Positions 1 through 9,895 of a stretch of 64,000 bases of DNA are shown here, one piece after another; position 1 is the stretch's first letter; every line of letters begins with the position of its first letter. Under the pieces are notes generated by a model. That model worked only from the letters and a program-made list of their open reading frames with translations, made no database searches and was not told the origin of the DNA. Source of the stretch: Eubacteriales bacterium (GTDB taxonomy: Bacteria; Bacillota; Clostridia; Oscillospirales; CAG-272); contig JAZSEA010000075.1 of assembly GCA_045531455.1 (NCBI GenBank), positions 2,922 to 66,921 of the forward strand, given 5' to 3'. A program made the translations under genes and the position numbers.

Positions 1-1767
1 CTCTTTATGCGTGTTACCGATAACGGCTCGGGAATTGAGCCCGAGGATCTGCCCATTGCCGTCCGCCGTCACGCAACGAGCAAGATCCGCGAGGCAGATG
101 ACCTCGATGCAATTATGACTCTCGGCTTCAGAGGCGAAGCGCTTGCCGCAATCTGCTCCGTTGCCGACGTCAGAATTATTTCCAAAACTCGCGACCGAGA
201 TATGGGCTCGTATATCGAGATCCATTCGGGAAGAGCAGGAGCTGTCAGCGAACGCGGTGCCTCGGACGGTACAACGATAATCGTTGAAAATCTTTTCGCG
301 AACGTACCTGCAAGACTTAAATTTCTCAAGCGTGATATTACTGAGGGAATGGCAGTCTGCTCGGTGCTGGAAAAGATCGCTCTTTCGCATCCCGAGGTAG
401 CATTCAAGCTGATCTCCGACGGATCAGTTAAGCTCGAGACAAGCGGTGACGGAAACCGCAGATCGGCTATCAGATGCGTCTACGGCAAAGATATTGCCAA
501 GTCGATGATCGAGATCGACGGTGAGCGTGACGGTGTCAAGGTTTCGGGATTTATAACGGCACCCGCTAATCCTCGCGCCAACAGAAACTATCAGAATTTC
601 TTCATCAACGGAAGATATATCAAAACTAAAACGGGTATGGCTGCCATTGAGCAAGCCTACACCTCCTATATCCCGCCCGAAAAATTCCCGGGTTGCGTGA
701 TATACATAGACATCGCGCCGAATGCGGTCGACGTCAACGTCCATCCCGGTAAGCTCGAGGTCAAATTCTCGAATGAAAGGCCCGTCTTCGATTCGATCTA
801 CCATTCGGTAAGAACTGCGCTCGCGGAAAATACCGAACGCCCCGAGATCAGCGATCTTGAGGGCAGAAAGCCTGCTTTTACAAGCACAAACGCTTGGAAA
901 CCGTCAGCTAATCTCGCTTATGCTCCCGTTGTGGACCGCACTCTCGACCCGAAATCCCCTTTTACACAGATAGATATTTCCGAGCCTCAGGCTCCTGCTG
1001 CTCAAGCAACTCCGGCACCGATTGAACGCGCACCCGAACCCGTTTTCAGATCAACTCCCGCGTATTACGGTTCTGTTGAAAAGCCCTCGATTCAGGAAGC
1101 GCCCAAATCGCAACCGACTCCGATCGAGGAACCTAAAAAGATTGATGACGAGCCGAACAAATATGCTTATGACCCTTCTCATTCCGCGGGCGGCTTCTAC
1201 AGACTTGTCGGCGAGGTTTTCAACTCTTATATTATTGTCGAAAGCAATAACAATATGCTTTTGATCGATAAGCACGCTGCGCACGAAAGACTCATATTTG
1301 AGTCTCTCAAACGCGCGCTGAGAACTCATGAACGCGATACACAGCTTATGGCTGTTCCGATCGAGGTAATGCTTATGAGCGATGAAATATCCGCACTTGA
1401 GCAATATCGCACGCAGATCGAAGCAACCGGCTTCGGATTCAACACCGCTCGAAACACGGTCTACGTTACAGAGATACCTTCCTCAATTTCGGTAAATGCT
1501 GTATCTGCCATCTTTGAGTCATTTGCCGACTCGATAAGAAAGGGCTCGGGAGTTGAGCTCACCGCAGATATCGTCTTTGAGAAGGCGCTTTATCAAGCTT
1601 CCTGTAAAGCGGCTATAAAAGCGGGCAGAGTTTATCCCGAAGGCTACGCCGAATGGCTCGTCAGAGAACTTAAGGCAAATCCCGAGGTCATATGCTGTCC
1701 CCACGGCAGACCTATAGCCATAGAAATTAACAAAAATACAATAGATCACTTATTCAAGAGGAATTAA
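1..1767 (+). CDS. mutL: DNA mismatch repair protein MutL (5' end outside window)
   Basis: The frame is open from base 1. GHKL-region text (TDNGSGI), a Pro/Ala-rich linker, the endonuclease motif DKHAAHERLIFE (D-x-HA-x2-E-x4-E) and a C-terminal CPHGRP are all present. Confidence 0.95.
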   Translation, partial: LFMRVTDNGSGIEPEDLPIAVRRHATSKIREADDLDAIMTLGFRGEALAAICSVADVRIISKTRDRDMGSYIEIHSGRAGAVSERGASDGTTIIVENLFANVPARLKFLKRDITEGMAVCSVLEKIALSHPEVAFKLISDGSVKLETSGDGNRRSAIRCVYGKDIAKSMIEIDGERDGVKVSGFITAPANPRANRNYQNFFINGRYIKTKTGMAAIEQAYTSYIPPEKFPGCVIYIDIAPNAVDVNVHPGKLEVKFSNERPVFDSIYHSVRTALAENTERPEISDLEGRKPAFTSTNAWKPSANLAYAPVVDRTLDPKSPFTQIDISEPQAPAAQATPAPIERAPEPVFRSTPAYYGSVEKPSIQEAPKSQPTPIEEPKKIDDEPNKYAYDPSHSAGGFYRLVGEVFNSYIIVESNNNMLLIDKHAAHERLIFESLKRALRTHERDTQLMAVPIEVMLMSDEISALEQYRTQIEATGFGFNTARNTVYVTEIPSSISVNAVSAIFESFADSIRKGSGVELTADIVFEKALYQASCKAAIKAGRVYPEGYAEWLVRELKANPEVICCPHGRPIAIEINKNTIDHLFKRN

Positions 1768-1768
1768 A

Positions 1769-2902
1769 ATGTTTGAACTGCTAAAGCAGGAAGGCCGCGC
1801 ACGACGCGGAATCTTCCATACTGTCCACGGTGATATCCAGACCCCCGTATTTATGAACGTCGGCACTTGCGCGGCTGTAAAGGGCGGAATATCCTCCGAG
1901 GACCTTCGCGAGGTTCGCTGCCAGGTCGAACTCTCGAATACGTATCATCTTCATATCCGTCCCGGTGATAAGCTCATTTATGAAATGGGCGGACTTCATA
2001 AGTTTATGAATTGGAGCGGTCCTATCCTTACCGATAGCGGCGGATTCCAGGTTTTCTCGCTTTCTCAGCTCCGCAAGATCACCGAGGAAGGGGTAAAATT
2101 TGCATCCCACGTTGACGGCAAGCGAATCTTTATGGGTCCCGAGGAGAGTATGCAGATTCAGTCGCATCTCGGATCAACCATTGCAATGGCGTTCGACGAG
2201 TGTGTTGAAAACCCCGCACCCTATAAGTACGTCAAGCAGTCTGCCGAGAGAACTGTTCGTTGGCTTGTCAGATGTAAGGAAGAAATGGCTCGACTTAATT
2301 CGCTCCCCGATACCGTTAACCCTCATCAGCTTCTCTTCGGAATCAATCAGGGCGGTACCTATGAGGATCTGCGAATCGAGAATATGAAGGCGATTGCAGA
2401 GCTTGATCTCGACGGTTACGCGATCGGCGGTCTCGCTGTCGGCGAGGCTACCGAAGATATGTACCGCATCATCGATGCTGTCGAACCCTATATGCCCAAG
2501 GATAAGGTACGTTATCTTATGGGCGTAGGTACACCTCTTAATATTATTGAGGCTGTACGCCGCGGAGTTGACTTCTTTGACTGCGTAATGCCCAGCCGTA
2601 ACGCGCGCCACGGAAATCTATTCACCTGGAAGGGTAAGATCAACCTCCTCAACGAGAGATTCGCAAAGGACGATAGACCCATCGATCCTGATTGTCAGTG
2701 TCCCGCTTGCCGTCTTTACAGCCGTTCCTATATCCGCCACCTCTTCAAGGCAAAGGAAAGCCTCGGAATGCGCCTTGCGGTACTTCATAACCTCTATTTC
2801 TATAACGAGCTTATGGAAAAGATTCGCGAAGCACTCGATGAGGGCAGATACGAGGAATTCTATCAGCATTATGTAAAGATACTCGGAGAGAGAGTACAAT
2901 AA
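1769..2902 (+). CDS. tgt: queuine tRNA-ribosyltransferase
   Basis: 377 aa. N-terminus is RARRGIFHTVHGDIQTPVFMNVGT. LTDSGGFQV and the Zn-site C-x-C-x2-C (CQCPAC) are present. The ATG lies 1 nt after the mutL stop. Confidence 0.95.
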   Translation: MFELLKQEGRARRGIFHTVHGDIQTPVFMNVGTCAAVKGGISSEDLREVRCQVELSNTYHLHIRPGDKLIYEMGGLHKFMNWSGPILTDSGGFQVFSLSQLRKITEEGVKFASHVDGKRIFMGPEESMQIQSHLGSTIAMAFDECVENPAPYKYVKQSAERTVRWLVRCKEEMARLNSLPDTVNPHQLLFGINQGGTYEDLRIENMKAIAELDLDGYAIGGLAVGEATEDMYRIIDAVEPYMPKDKVRYLMGVGTPLNIIEAVRRGVDFFDCVMPSRNARHGNLFTWKGKINLLNERFAKDDRPIDPDCQCPACRLYSRSYIRHLFKAKESLGMRLAVLHNLYFYNELMEKIREALDEGRYEEFYQHYVKILGERVQ

Positions 2903-2919
2903 TTGTTACAATTAACCTC

Positions 2920-2948
2920 TTGCCAATCAAGCGGATATATAGTATAAT
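2920..2948 (+). promoter_or_regulatory. sigma-A type promoter, TTGCCA-17-TATAAT
   Basis: -35 TTGCCA at 2920-2925 and -10 TATAAT at 2943-2948, with a 17-nt spacer. It lies upstream of RBS AAAGGAGGG and the ATG at 2975. Confidence 0.45.
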
Positions 2949-2974
2949 ATATAAAATGAGAAAGGAGGGAAGTA

Positions 2975-4111
2975 ATGCTCTCTGCAACAAAGAATTTTGT
3001 TCTTACGTTTCTGATCGCTCTTGTTATTTTCGGTCTGATCGCATATATGCTCGTCGGACTTGTGCTCAATAATCTTATGGGCGTCGGAAGCACAGATACA
3101 GCAATACCCGAAAATACCGCAGAAACTCCCGAGGACGAGGATCCCGGAAGCATAGGTATACAATTCGGAGATACAGGCGAATCCTTCAATATACTGTTGA
3201 TCGGAACAGACTACCGTCCCTCCGAATTTGTGGATTACGATCCCGAGATGCTCGAAAAGCTTTACGGAATCGTCCCCGACGAGGTAACACAGGCAACAGC
3301 TCCCGATGACGTAAGACCCAATCCCGGATCTGTCATTTCAGATGAAAAATATTGGAGCCCCGACGGAATAGTTGCCGACGACGGAAGCCTTATCTTCGGC
3401 GGCGGATTCTATACGATCGATTACAGAGTAGTCGAAGCCGATGCCATAGTGCTCCTCAGAGCCGACAAGGAGCGTCAGCAGTTCACGTTCACCGTATTCC
3501 CGACGGATGCCTACGTCGATATGAACGGCAGATACATCAAGCTTTCGGAGGTCTACGGCAGATACGGACTCGATATCCTTATGGATAAGATCTACGCCCT
3601 CACGGGCATCACGATCGACCATCACGCGGTCGTAACTATGAATGATTTCCCCGCGCTTGTCGATACTCTCGGAGGAATAACGTATAATATTCCGTACGAT
3701 ATGCAGTATCGCGACTACGCTGGCGGAATCAATATCGATCTCAAAAAGGGCGCACAAAGACTTGACGGTCAGGGTGTTCTGAACCTTTTGATGTTCAATA
3801 ATTATACCGACGGAGGCTCGAGACAAAAGACCACGGTCGAGCTGCTCAAAAAGTTCGTAACTACCTTTATCAGCATAACCAATTACAACCGCGCACCCGC
3901 TGTTTTTGCACAGATAGAGTCATCTGTTGACACAGATTTCACACTCGACGACTTCACGTCAAATCTCGACTTGATATTCAAGTACGCACATAATAACCGC
4001 GAGATCTCGGTTGTCACGGACAAGGTCACCGTCGGAAACGATGAGCTGACGGTTATCAACGAAACAAAGACTTATGACGTCTTTGCCGATTTCAAGAGAA
4101 TTTATAATTAA
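2975..4111 (+). CDS. LytR-CpsA-Psr (LCP) family protein, membrane anchored
   Basis: There is an N-terminal TM helix. LCP-like text includes [44 protein letters not shown] and [14 protein letters not shown]. Confidence 0.8.
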   Translation: MLSATKNFVLTFLIALVIFGLIAYMLVGLVLNNLMGVGSTDTAIPENTAETPEDEDPGSIGIQFGDTGESFNILLIGTDYRPSEFVDYDPEMLEKLYGIVPDEVTQATAPDDVRPNPGSVISDEKYWSPDGIVADDGSLIFGGGFYTIDYRVVEADAIVLLRADKERQQFTFTVFPTDAYVDMNGRYIKLSEVYGRYGLDILMDKIYALTGITIDHHAVVTMNDFPALVDTLGGITYNIPYDMQYRDYAGGINIDLKKGAQRLDGQGVLNLLMFNNYTDGGSRQKTTVELLKKFVTTFISITNYNRAPAVFAQIESSVDTDFTLDDFTSNLDLIFKYAHNNREISVVTDKVTVGNDELTVINETKTYDVFADFKRIYN

Positions 4112-4127
4112 AAAAGAGGATACAAAA

Positions 4128-5549
4128 ATGGACAACAAAGCAAAAACCATGGACAAGATCGTGGCTCTTTGTAAGAACCGCGGCTTCATTTTCCCCGGCT
4201 CCGAGATCTACGGCGGCCTTGCTAACACCTGGGACTACGGACCTCTCGGCGTTGAGCTGAAGAACAACGTAAAGAAGGCTTGGTGGAAGAAGTTCGTTCA
4301 GGAGAACAAGTACAACGTCGGTCTCGATGCGGCTATTCTGATGAACCCCCAGACCTGGGTAGCATCCGGTCACCTTGCAGGCTTCTCGGATCCCCTTATG
4401 GACTGCCGCGAGTGCCACGAAAGATTCCGCGCTGACAAGCTCATCGAGGATTGGTGCGCAGAGAACAGCTTCGAGCTTCCCAAGCCCATCGATGCTTTCA
4501 CCCACGCTGAGATGAAGGAATTCGTTGAAGAGCACAACATTCCTTGCCCCACCTGCGGAAAGCATAACTTCACCGACATCCGTCAGTTCAACCTTATGTT
4601 CAAGACCTTCCAGGGCGTAACCGAGGACGCAAAGAACACTGTTTATCTCCGTCCCGAGACAGCTCAGGGTATTTTCACCAACTTCGTAAACGTACAGAGA
4701 ACCACCAGACGCAAGATGCCCTTCGGTATCGCTCAGATCGGTAAGTCCTTCCGTAACGAGATCACCCCCGGTAACTTCATCTTCCGTGTACGTGAGTTCG
4801 AGCAGATGGAGCTTGAGTTCTTCTGCAAACCCGGCACCGACCTTGAGTGGTTCGCATACTGGAGAGAATTCTGCCACAATTGGCTGCTTTCCATCGGTCT
4901 GCGCGACGAGAACATCCGTCTCCGCGACCACGATCCCGAGGAGCTTTGCTTCTATTCCAAGGCAACCACCGACTTCGTATTCCTCTTCCCGTTCGGATGG
5001 GGCGAGCTCTGGGGCGTTGCTGACAGAACCGACTACGACCTTACCCAGCATCAGAATGAGTCGAGAAAGGACCTCACCTATTTCGATCCCGAGACTAACG
5101 AGAGATACGTCCCCTACGTTGTTGAGCCTTCTCTCGGCGTAGAAAGAAGCGTTCTCGCGGTACTTTGCGATGCTTACGACGAGGAAGTTATCGACGAGGC
5201 TAAGAACGACGTAAGAACCGTTCTCCACCTCCATCCCACCCTCGCGCCCTTCAAGGCGGCTATTCTTCCTCTCTCGAAGAAGCTCTCCGACAAGGCAAGC
5301 GAGATCTACGCTGACCTCTCCAAGAAGTTTATGCTCGACTATGACGAGACCGGTTCGATCGGTAAGAGATACCGCCGTCAGGACGAGATCGGCACACCTC
5401 TTTGCATCACCGTTGACTTTGATACCGTCGGCGACGCAGAGAAGGAAGGTGACGGCTGCGTAACCGTCCGCGACCGTGACACTATGGAGCAGGTAAGAAT
5501 CCCGATCTCCGAGCTCGAGGCTTACATTACCGAAAAGATCGCATACTGA
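4128..5549 (+). CDS. glyQS: glycine--tRNA ligase (alpha2 type)
   Basis: Start chosen at ATG 4128 ([31 protein letters not shown]), preceded by RBS AAGAGGA. The text is GlyQS-like throughout. The 18-codon upstream extension in the ORF track overlaps the LCP gene. Confidence 0.95.
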   Translation: MDNKAKTMDKIVALCKNRGFIFPGSEIYGGLANTWDYGPLGVELKNNVKKAWWKKFVQENKYNVGLDAAILMNPQTWVASGHLAGFSDPLMDCRECHERFRADKLIEDWCAENSFELPKPIDAFTHAEMKEFVEEHNIPCPTCGKHNFTDIRQFNLMFKTFQGVTEDAKNTVYLRPETAQGIFTNFVNVQRTTRRKMPFGIAQIGKSFRNEITPGNFIFRVREFEQMELEFFCKPGTDLEWFAYWREFCHNWLLSIGLRDENIRLRDHDPEELCFYSKATTDFVFLFPFGWGELWGVADRTDYDLTQHQNESRKDLTYFDPETNERYVPYVVEPSLGVERSVLAVLCDAYDEEVIDEAKNDVRTVLHLHPTLAPFKAAILPLSKKLSDKASEIYADLSKKFMLDYDETGSIGKRYRRQDEIGTPLCITVDFDTVGDAEKEGDGCVTVRDRDTMEQVRIPISELEAYITEKIAY

Positions 5550-5559
5550 TCATAAAAAT

Positions 5560-5590
5560 AAAACCGTTGCATCGCAACGGTTTTATTTTT
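5560..5590. terminator. bidirectional rho-independent terminator (glyQS / rpe)
   Basis: 11-bp stem AAAACCGTTGC / GCAACGGTTTT with a 3-nt loop, flanked by A-run and T-run. It sits between convergent genes. Confidence 0.75.
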
Positions 5591-6239
5591 ATGAATTCTT
5601 CCTCATATCCTCAATAGTCTTCTTCGGATCCGGTGATCTGAACACCGCGGTACCCGCAACGATCACGTTTGCACCCGCATCTGTAACGAGCGAAATATTC
5701 TTCTCAGAAATTCCGCCGTCAACCTGAATATTGCAGTTGTATCCGTTTTCATCAATAGCCTTGCGGATAACCTTGACTTTTTCGAGAGTCTCAGGAATCA
5801 GCGATTGACCGCCGAATCCGGGCTCTACGGTCATAACGAGCACCATATCAAGCTCGGAAAGGTAGGGAAGAACTGCCTCTGCAGGAGTCTTCGGCGAGAT
5901 CGATATCGAAGCCTTCTTGCCAAGCTCTCGGATCTTTTTGATAAGCGCCGAGGGATTATCACAAGCCTCATAGTGGAAGGTGATTATATCCGCGCCGGCA
6001 TCTGCAAATCTTTCAACGTATCTTTCGGGCTTCGTTATCATAAGGTGAACGTCGAAGATGAGACCGCTGGATTTACGAAGCGACTCAATAACGGGCAGGC
6101 CGAACGAAATGTTCGGCACGAAAACGCCGTCCATTACGTCAAGGTGCAGATAGTCTGCACCCGCTTCTTCGATTCTTTTAACTTCGTCCCCAAGCTTCGA
6201 AAAATCCGCCGCAAGCAGGGAAGGGGAAATATAGATCAT
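5589..6239 (-). CDS. rpe: ribulose-phosphate 3-epimerase
   Basis: 216 aa. Contains SPSLLAADFSKLGDEV, HLDVMDGVFVPN and MTVEPGFGGQ. Confidence 0.95.
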   Translation of the reverse strand: MIYISPSLLAADFSKLGDEVKRIEEAGADYLHLDVMDGVFVPNISFGLPVIESLRKSSGLIFDVHLMITKPERYVERFADAGADIITFHYEACDNPSALIKKIRELGKKASISISPKTPAEAVLPYLSELDMVLVMTVEPGFGGQSLIPETLEKVKVIRKAIDENGYNCNIQVDGGISEKNISLVTDAGANVIVAGTAVFRSPDPKKTIEDMRKNS

Positions 6240-6345
6240 TTATATAACCTCTGTCATAAAATGTAATGTGAAGATATGCTCATCCTTCGGACAAAGCCGT
6301 AGAAAACGCGGGAAGTGACCTCAAAATGTCCGATCGGGGTGAGCT

Positions 6346-6819
6346 TTATATTTTTTCTATAAGACAAACAGCGTGAGCGGCAATACCCTCACCGCTGCCC
6401 GTAAATCCGAGCTTTTCTTCTGTCGTTGCCTTTACGTTGACGTCATCAACGTCGATTGAAAGCGCATCGGCAATCCTCTCGCGCATAAGCTGAATGTGAG
6501 GCGCGAGTTTGGGTCTCTGCGCAATTACTGTAGAATCTACGTTAACTATCTTGTAACCTCTTTCCGCGATCAGAGAGGCAACGTGACGCGTCAGAGCGAG
6601 GCTGTCAGCACCCTTGTATGCGGGATCGGTGTCGGGAAAATGCTTTCCGATATCTCCGAGTGCCGCCGCACCGAGAATCGCATCCATTATCGCGTGGAGA
6701 AGAACGTCAGCATCAGAATGACCGAGAAGACCGAATCCGCAATCAATCTTGACCCCGCCGATGAACATTTCGCGCGCGGGATCCGTGCGGTGAACGTCAT
6801 ATCCGTGCCCAATCCTCAT
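6346..6819 (-). CDS. ispF: 2-C-methyl-D-erythritol 2,4-cyclodiphosphate synthase
   Basis: 157 aa. Contains [10 protein letters not shown] and [12 protein letters not shown]. It overlaps ispD by 4 nt. Confidence 0.95.
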   Translation of the reverse strand: MRIGHGYDVHRTDPAREMFIGGVKIDCGFGLLGHSDADVLLHAIMDAILGAAALGDIGKHFPDTDPAYKGADSLALTRHVASLIAERGYKIVNVDSTVIAQRPKLAPHIQLMRERIADALSIDVDDVNVKATTEEKLGFTGSGEGIAAHAVCLIEKI

Positions 6820-7595
6820 TCTTCGTCCTCCCTTAAAATGCCTTCACGAGACGAAAGAATCGTTTCTGCCACAAGAAGATCGATCGGTTCTGTGATCTTG
6901 ATATTGTATCTGCCGCAGTCAACAAATTTGATCCTGCGCTCAAGTCTCTCAACGAGCGAGTTGTCGTCGGTACACTCAAATCCGATATCAAGCGCGGAAT
7001 AAGCAGCCGCACGGTAGAGAGGGAGACTGAATGCCTGCGGAGTTGCCGCCTGCCAGGAGCTTGCGCGTTCAACCGTACCCGTGACAAACTTGTGATTATC
7101 AACGGTTTTGATGGTGTCGACCGCGGGACAACCTGCAGAAGCCGCGCTGTATCTGTAAGCGGCAAGACATACAGAATTGATCGTTTCGGTCGTAGTTAAA
7201 GGGCGAGCGGCATCTGCGATCGCAACGAATTTTACGTCGACCGAAAGAGCTTCAATACCCTTGAGAACAGACTCCTGCCTTGTCTTTCCGCCGGACACAC
7301 ACTTTCTGTATTTGGTAATGGAGAATTTCTCGGCATAGTTGTCGTATACGCCATCCTTTACGTCCACATCACGCGCAACTACGTATATCTGATCAATATA
7401 TTCAGATTCTTCGTATGCACGCATCGTATGAACGACGACGGGCATACCGCAAAGGTCGAGAAACTGCTTCGGAGTATCTCCGCCCATACGTGTTCCCGAG
7501 CCTCCTGCGACGATTATCGCCGCCGTGGTACGGCTCTTCGTTTTGCCTGCGGCGGCACGAAGAATATCAGCAAATTCTTTAGGTGAACCACCCAT
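6816..7595 (-). CDS. ispD: 2-C-methyl-D-erythritol 4-phosphate cytidylyltransferase
   Basis: Contains [24 protein letters not shown] lies upstream of the ATG at 7595. Confidence 0.9.
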   Translation of the reverse strand: MGGSPKEFADILRAAAGKTKSRTTAAIIVAGGSGTRMGGDTPKQFLDLCGMPVVVHTMRAYEESEYIDQIYVVARDVDVKDGVYDNYAEKFSITKYRKCVSGGKTRQESVLKGIEALSVDVKFVAIADAARPLTTTETINSVCLAAYRYSAASAGCPAVDTIKTVDNHKFVTGTVERASSWQAATPQAFSLPLYRAAAYSALDIGFECTDDNSLVERLERRIKFVDCGRYNIKITEPIDLLVAETILSSREGILREDEE

Positions 7596-7606
7596 GATCT
7601 GACTCC

Positions 7607-8083
7607 TTAATTGTAATTAGCTTCGTCAAATACGCCCTTCTCGAGGTCCTCGATCATCTTGACACGTCTACGGTGTCTCTCCTCATCAAGAGCGGGAGTG
7701 GAGAGGAAGATATCCGTGATCTCGCAAGCAAGATCAAAGGAGATCACTCTCGCGCCCATACAGAGAACGTTTGCGTTGTTGTGCTGACGGGTCATCTCAG
7801 CGGAATACTTGTCGCCGCAAAGTGCCGCACGGATTCCGGGATGCTTGTTAGCCGCGATCGAAACACCGATGCCTGTACCGCAAATGAGAATTCCGCGGGG
7901 GCAGTCACCCTCGGTGATTTCGGTGCAGAGTCTGTGAACGGGAATGGGGTAGTCACAGCTTTCGGGGGAATAAGTACCCTTGTCAACAAGATGGTATCCC
8001 TTTGCTTCAAGGTACTTGATCATTTCATTCTTGTACTCATAGCCTGCGTGGTCACACGCAATTACAATATTCTTGTTTTCCAT
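7607..8083 (-). CDS. rpiB: ribose 5-phosphate isomerase B
   Basis: 158 aa. Contains IACDHAGYEYKN and ILICGTGIGVSIAANK. Confidence 0.9.
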   Translation of the reverse strand: MENKNIVIACDHAGYEYKNEMIKYLEAKGYHLVDKGTYSPESCDYPIPVHRLCTEITEGDCPRGILICGTGIGVSIAANKHPGIRAALCGDKYSAEMTRQHNNANVLCMGARVISFDLACEITDIFLSTPALDEERHRRRVKMIEDLEKGVFDEANYN

Positions 8084-8090
8084 CTTTATA

Positions 8091-8795
8091 TTATCCTTTC
8101 AGTTTTTCCTTGTTAAGTCTGTCTCGTTCTGCCTGAGGGAGACGAAGATAGGTAGGTCGTAACTCTTCGGCGGTAGTTCTGTCACCCTCGAGATACTTTT
8201 CGTAAGCGATCTGTGCGACCGAATATGCCGATTGATAACGAAGCTTTTCGGGTGTTTCGAAAGATAATTCGTCGCCGAGAAGCTTTCTTGCGTGAGCATA
8301 ACCGTCACCGCAAAGATATACACGCTCACCGAGAGCCCGTACGTCATCAAGGAACTCCTCGAAGCTCATAGGTGTGTCCTCACTCATTCTTTCGATAAAT
8401 CCGCCTCTGAGAGCAAATTTTGCGGTGTAGAACTGTCCGCGTCTGGCATCCATCACGGGGATGATGATCTTATCCTCACCGAAAGCAACATTCCTCGCAA
8501 GTGCTTCAAGAGTGGAAACACCGATGCAAGGCTTGTTCTTTCTGTGAGCGAATCCCTTGACTGTTGCGGCACCGATTCGTACACCCGTGAATGATCCGGG
8601 GCCCTCGGAAATCGCGAAAACGTCTATCTCATCGATGTCGGTTTTCATAGAGTTGAGCAAAACCTCTGTCATAGGAAGAAGAGTTTCGCTGTGCGTGTTG
8701 CCGCCGTTTTGCGTAAATTCGGCAAGCAGGATCTTGTCCTCGCAAAGCGCGACGGAAGCAGTCTTTGCGGTGGAATCACAAGCAAATATTTTCAT
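8091..8795 (-). CDS. tsaB: tRNA t6A biosynthesis protein TsaB
   Basis: 234 aa, YeaZ-like. Contains ACDSTAKTASVAL, AISEGPGSFTGVRIG. Confidence 0.85.
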   Translation of the reverse strand: MKIFACDSTAKTASVALCEDKILLAEFTQNGGNTHSETLLPMTEVLLNSMKTDIDEIDVFAISEGPGSFTGVRIGAATVKGFAHRKNKPCIGVSTLEALARNVAFGEDKIIIPVMDARRGQFYTAKFALRGGFIERMSEDTPMSFEEFLDDVRALGERVYLCGDGYAHARKLLGDELSFETPEKLRYQSAYSVAQIAYEKYLEGDRTTAEELRPTYLRLPQAERDRLNKEKLKG

Positions 8796-8805
8796 AAAAC
8801 AATCC

Positions 8806-9252
8806 TCAGCTTCTTAAAAATACCGAAATATGACGAGCCTCGCCGTCGTTGATCTTATCAATAATGACTTCAAAATACTCATCAGGCAGACATTCGGGAA
8901 TGTTCTCGAACCATTCAACAAGGCAGATACCGCGCTCGAGGTAATCGTAATAACCCGTTGAATAGAGATCGTCTTCGTCTGCAAGGCGGTAGATGTCAAA
9001 GTGAAAAACGGGAATTTTACCCTTTTTGTATTCATTGACAAGAGCATACGTCGGCGATTTGACCGAACTGCCGGGAGAAGCCACGGAAGCAAAGCCGCGT
9101 GTGAATTCGGTCTTTCCCGCTCCGAGATCACCGCGAAGGGCAATAAATTTCGGCAGGGAAGAGTCGTTCAGTAATATGTTTGCCAGCTTCACACCCGCGG
9201 CGGACGTCTCCTCGGGCGCAAAAGCATCAAGCTCAAAAATCAGTTTATCCAT
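8806..9252 (-). CDS. tsaE: tRNA t6A biosynthesis ATPase TsaE
   Basis: 148 aa. Walker A motif GDLGAGKTEFTRG and SPTYALVNEY are present. Confidence 0.85.
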   Translation of the reverse strand: MDKLIFELDAFAPEETSAAGVKLANILLNDSSLPKFIALRGDLGAGKTEFTRGFASVASPGSSVKSPTYALVNEYKKGKIPVFHFDIYRLADEDDLYSTGYYDYLERGICLVEWFENIPECLPDEYFEVIIDKINDGEARHISVFLRS

Positions 9253-9321
9253 TTTTATACCATCAATTTTGCATATATAAATAGTATATCATATTTTCAT
9301 TCAAAAGTAAAGTAATAAATC

Positions 9322-9353
9322 AAAAAAACTGTCTCGGCAATGCGCCGAGACAG
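9322..9353 (-). terminator. rho-independent terminator after the DUF896 gene
   Basis: Stem CTGTCTCGGC / GCCGAGACAG (10 bp, 5-nt loop), followed on the minus strand by TTTTTTT. Confidence 0.7.
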
Positions 9354-9363
9354 TGAAAATTAT

Positions 9364-9579
9364 TCAATCATTTTTCTTTGAACGCTCGGAAAGACGTTCC
9401 TTGCTTCCGCCAGGGGAGACGATCGTTGTATTGTTAAGGATGCCGCGCATTGAAAGGCGGAATTCCTTGATGTATTCCTCACGGAGAGCTTTCTGCTCGA
9501 GCTTTTCCTCTTCGGTTAAATCTTCGACCTTCGACTTTCTCGCGAGCTCATTGATTCTGTCAAGCTTTGCCTGTTCCAT
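9364..9579 (-). CDS. DUF896 (UPF0291/YnzC-like) small protein
   Basis: 71 aa. Contains MEQAKLDRINELARKSK..LTEEEK.EQ..LREEYI, as typical of this family. Confidence 0.7.
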   Translation of the reverse strand: MEQAKLDRINELARKSKVEDLTEEEKLEQKALREEYIKEFRLSMRGILNNTTIVSPGGSKERLSERSKKND

Positions 9580-9592
9580 AGTTGTTTACCTC

Positions 9593-9895
9593 TTAAATCA
9601 GAAATACCAAAGCTGCAATCAGCGCGATCTGCAGAATGATGATCAGCGGTATGCCGAGCATAAATTTGATATGCTTGGTTTTGTGTCTGATTGCAAGCAT
9701 CGTCAGTAGCATTGCAATCGAACCGCCCAGAGCGGAAAGGAGAAGCAGAGTGCTTTCTCTCGTTCTTTCCTTGGGTCTCTTTTTAGCCGCCCACTTGTCG
9801 TATACAGTCACGCCAACCGCAACGACCGAGATTATCAGCACGTAGGCTAAAAGGAGAAGAAGGATTATCTTGTTTTCAATTAAAAAGTCGATCAT
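9593..9895 (-). CDS. DUF1294 membrane protein
   Basis: 100 aa. Contains YDKWAAKK..ERTRESTLLLLSALGGSIAMLL..AIRHKTKHIKF. Confidence 0.7.
   Translation of the reverse strand: MIDFLIENKIILLLLLAYVLIISVVAVGVTVYDKWAAKKRPKERTRESTLLLLSALGGSIAMLLTMLAIRHKTKHIKFMLGIPLIIILQIALIAALVFLI

Noticed and set aside
4074-4127. The upstream 18-codon extension of the glyQS ORF, and the possibility of a T-box leader.
   Set aside because: The extension overlaps the end of the LCP gene. A good RBS precedes ATG 4128, where the conserved GlyRS N-terminus begins. There is no intergenic space for a T-box.
4092-5234. A 380-aa minus-strand ORF.
   Set aside because: It is antisense and codon-aligned to glyQS, with no RBS and no recognisable domain.
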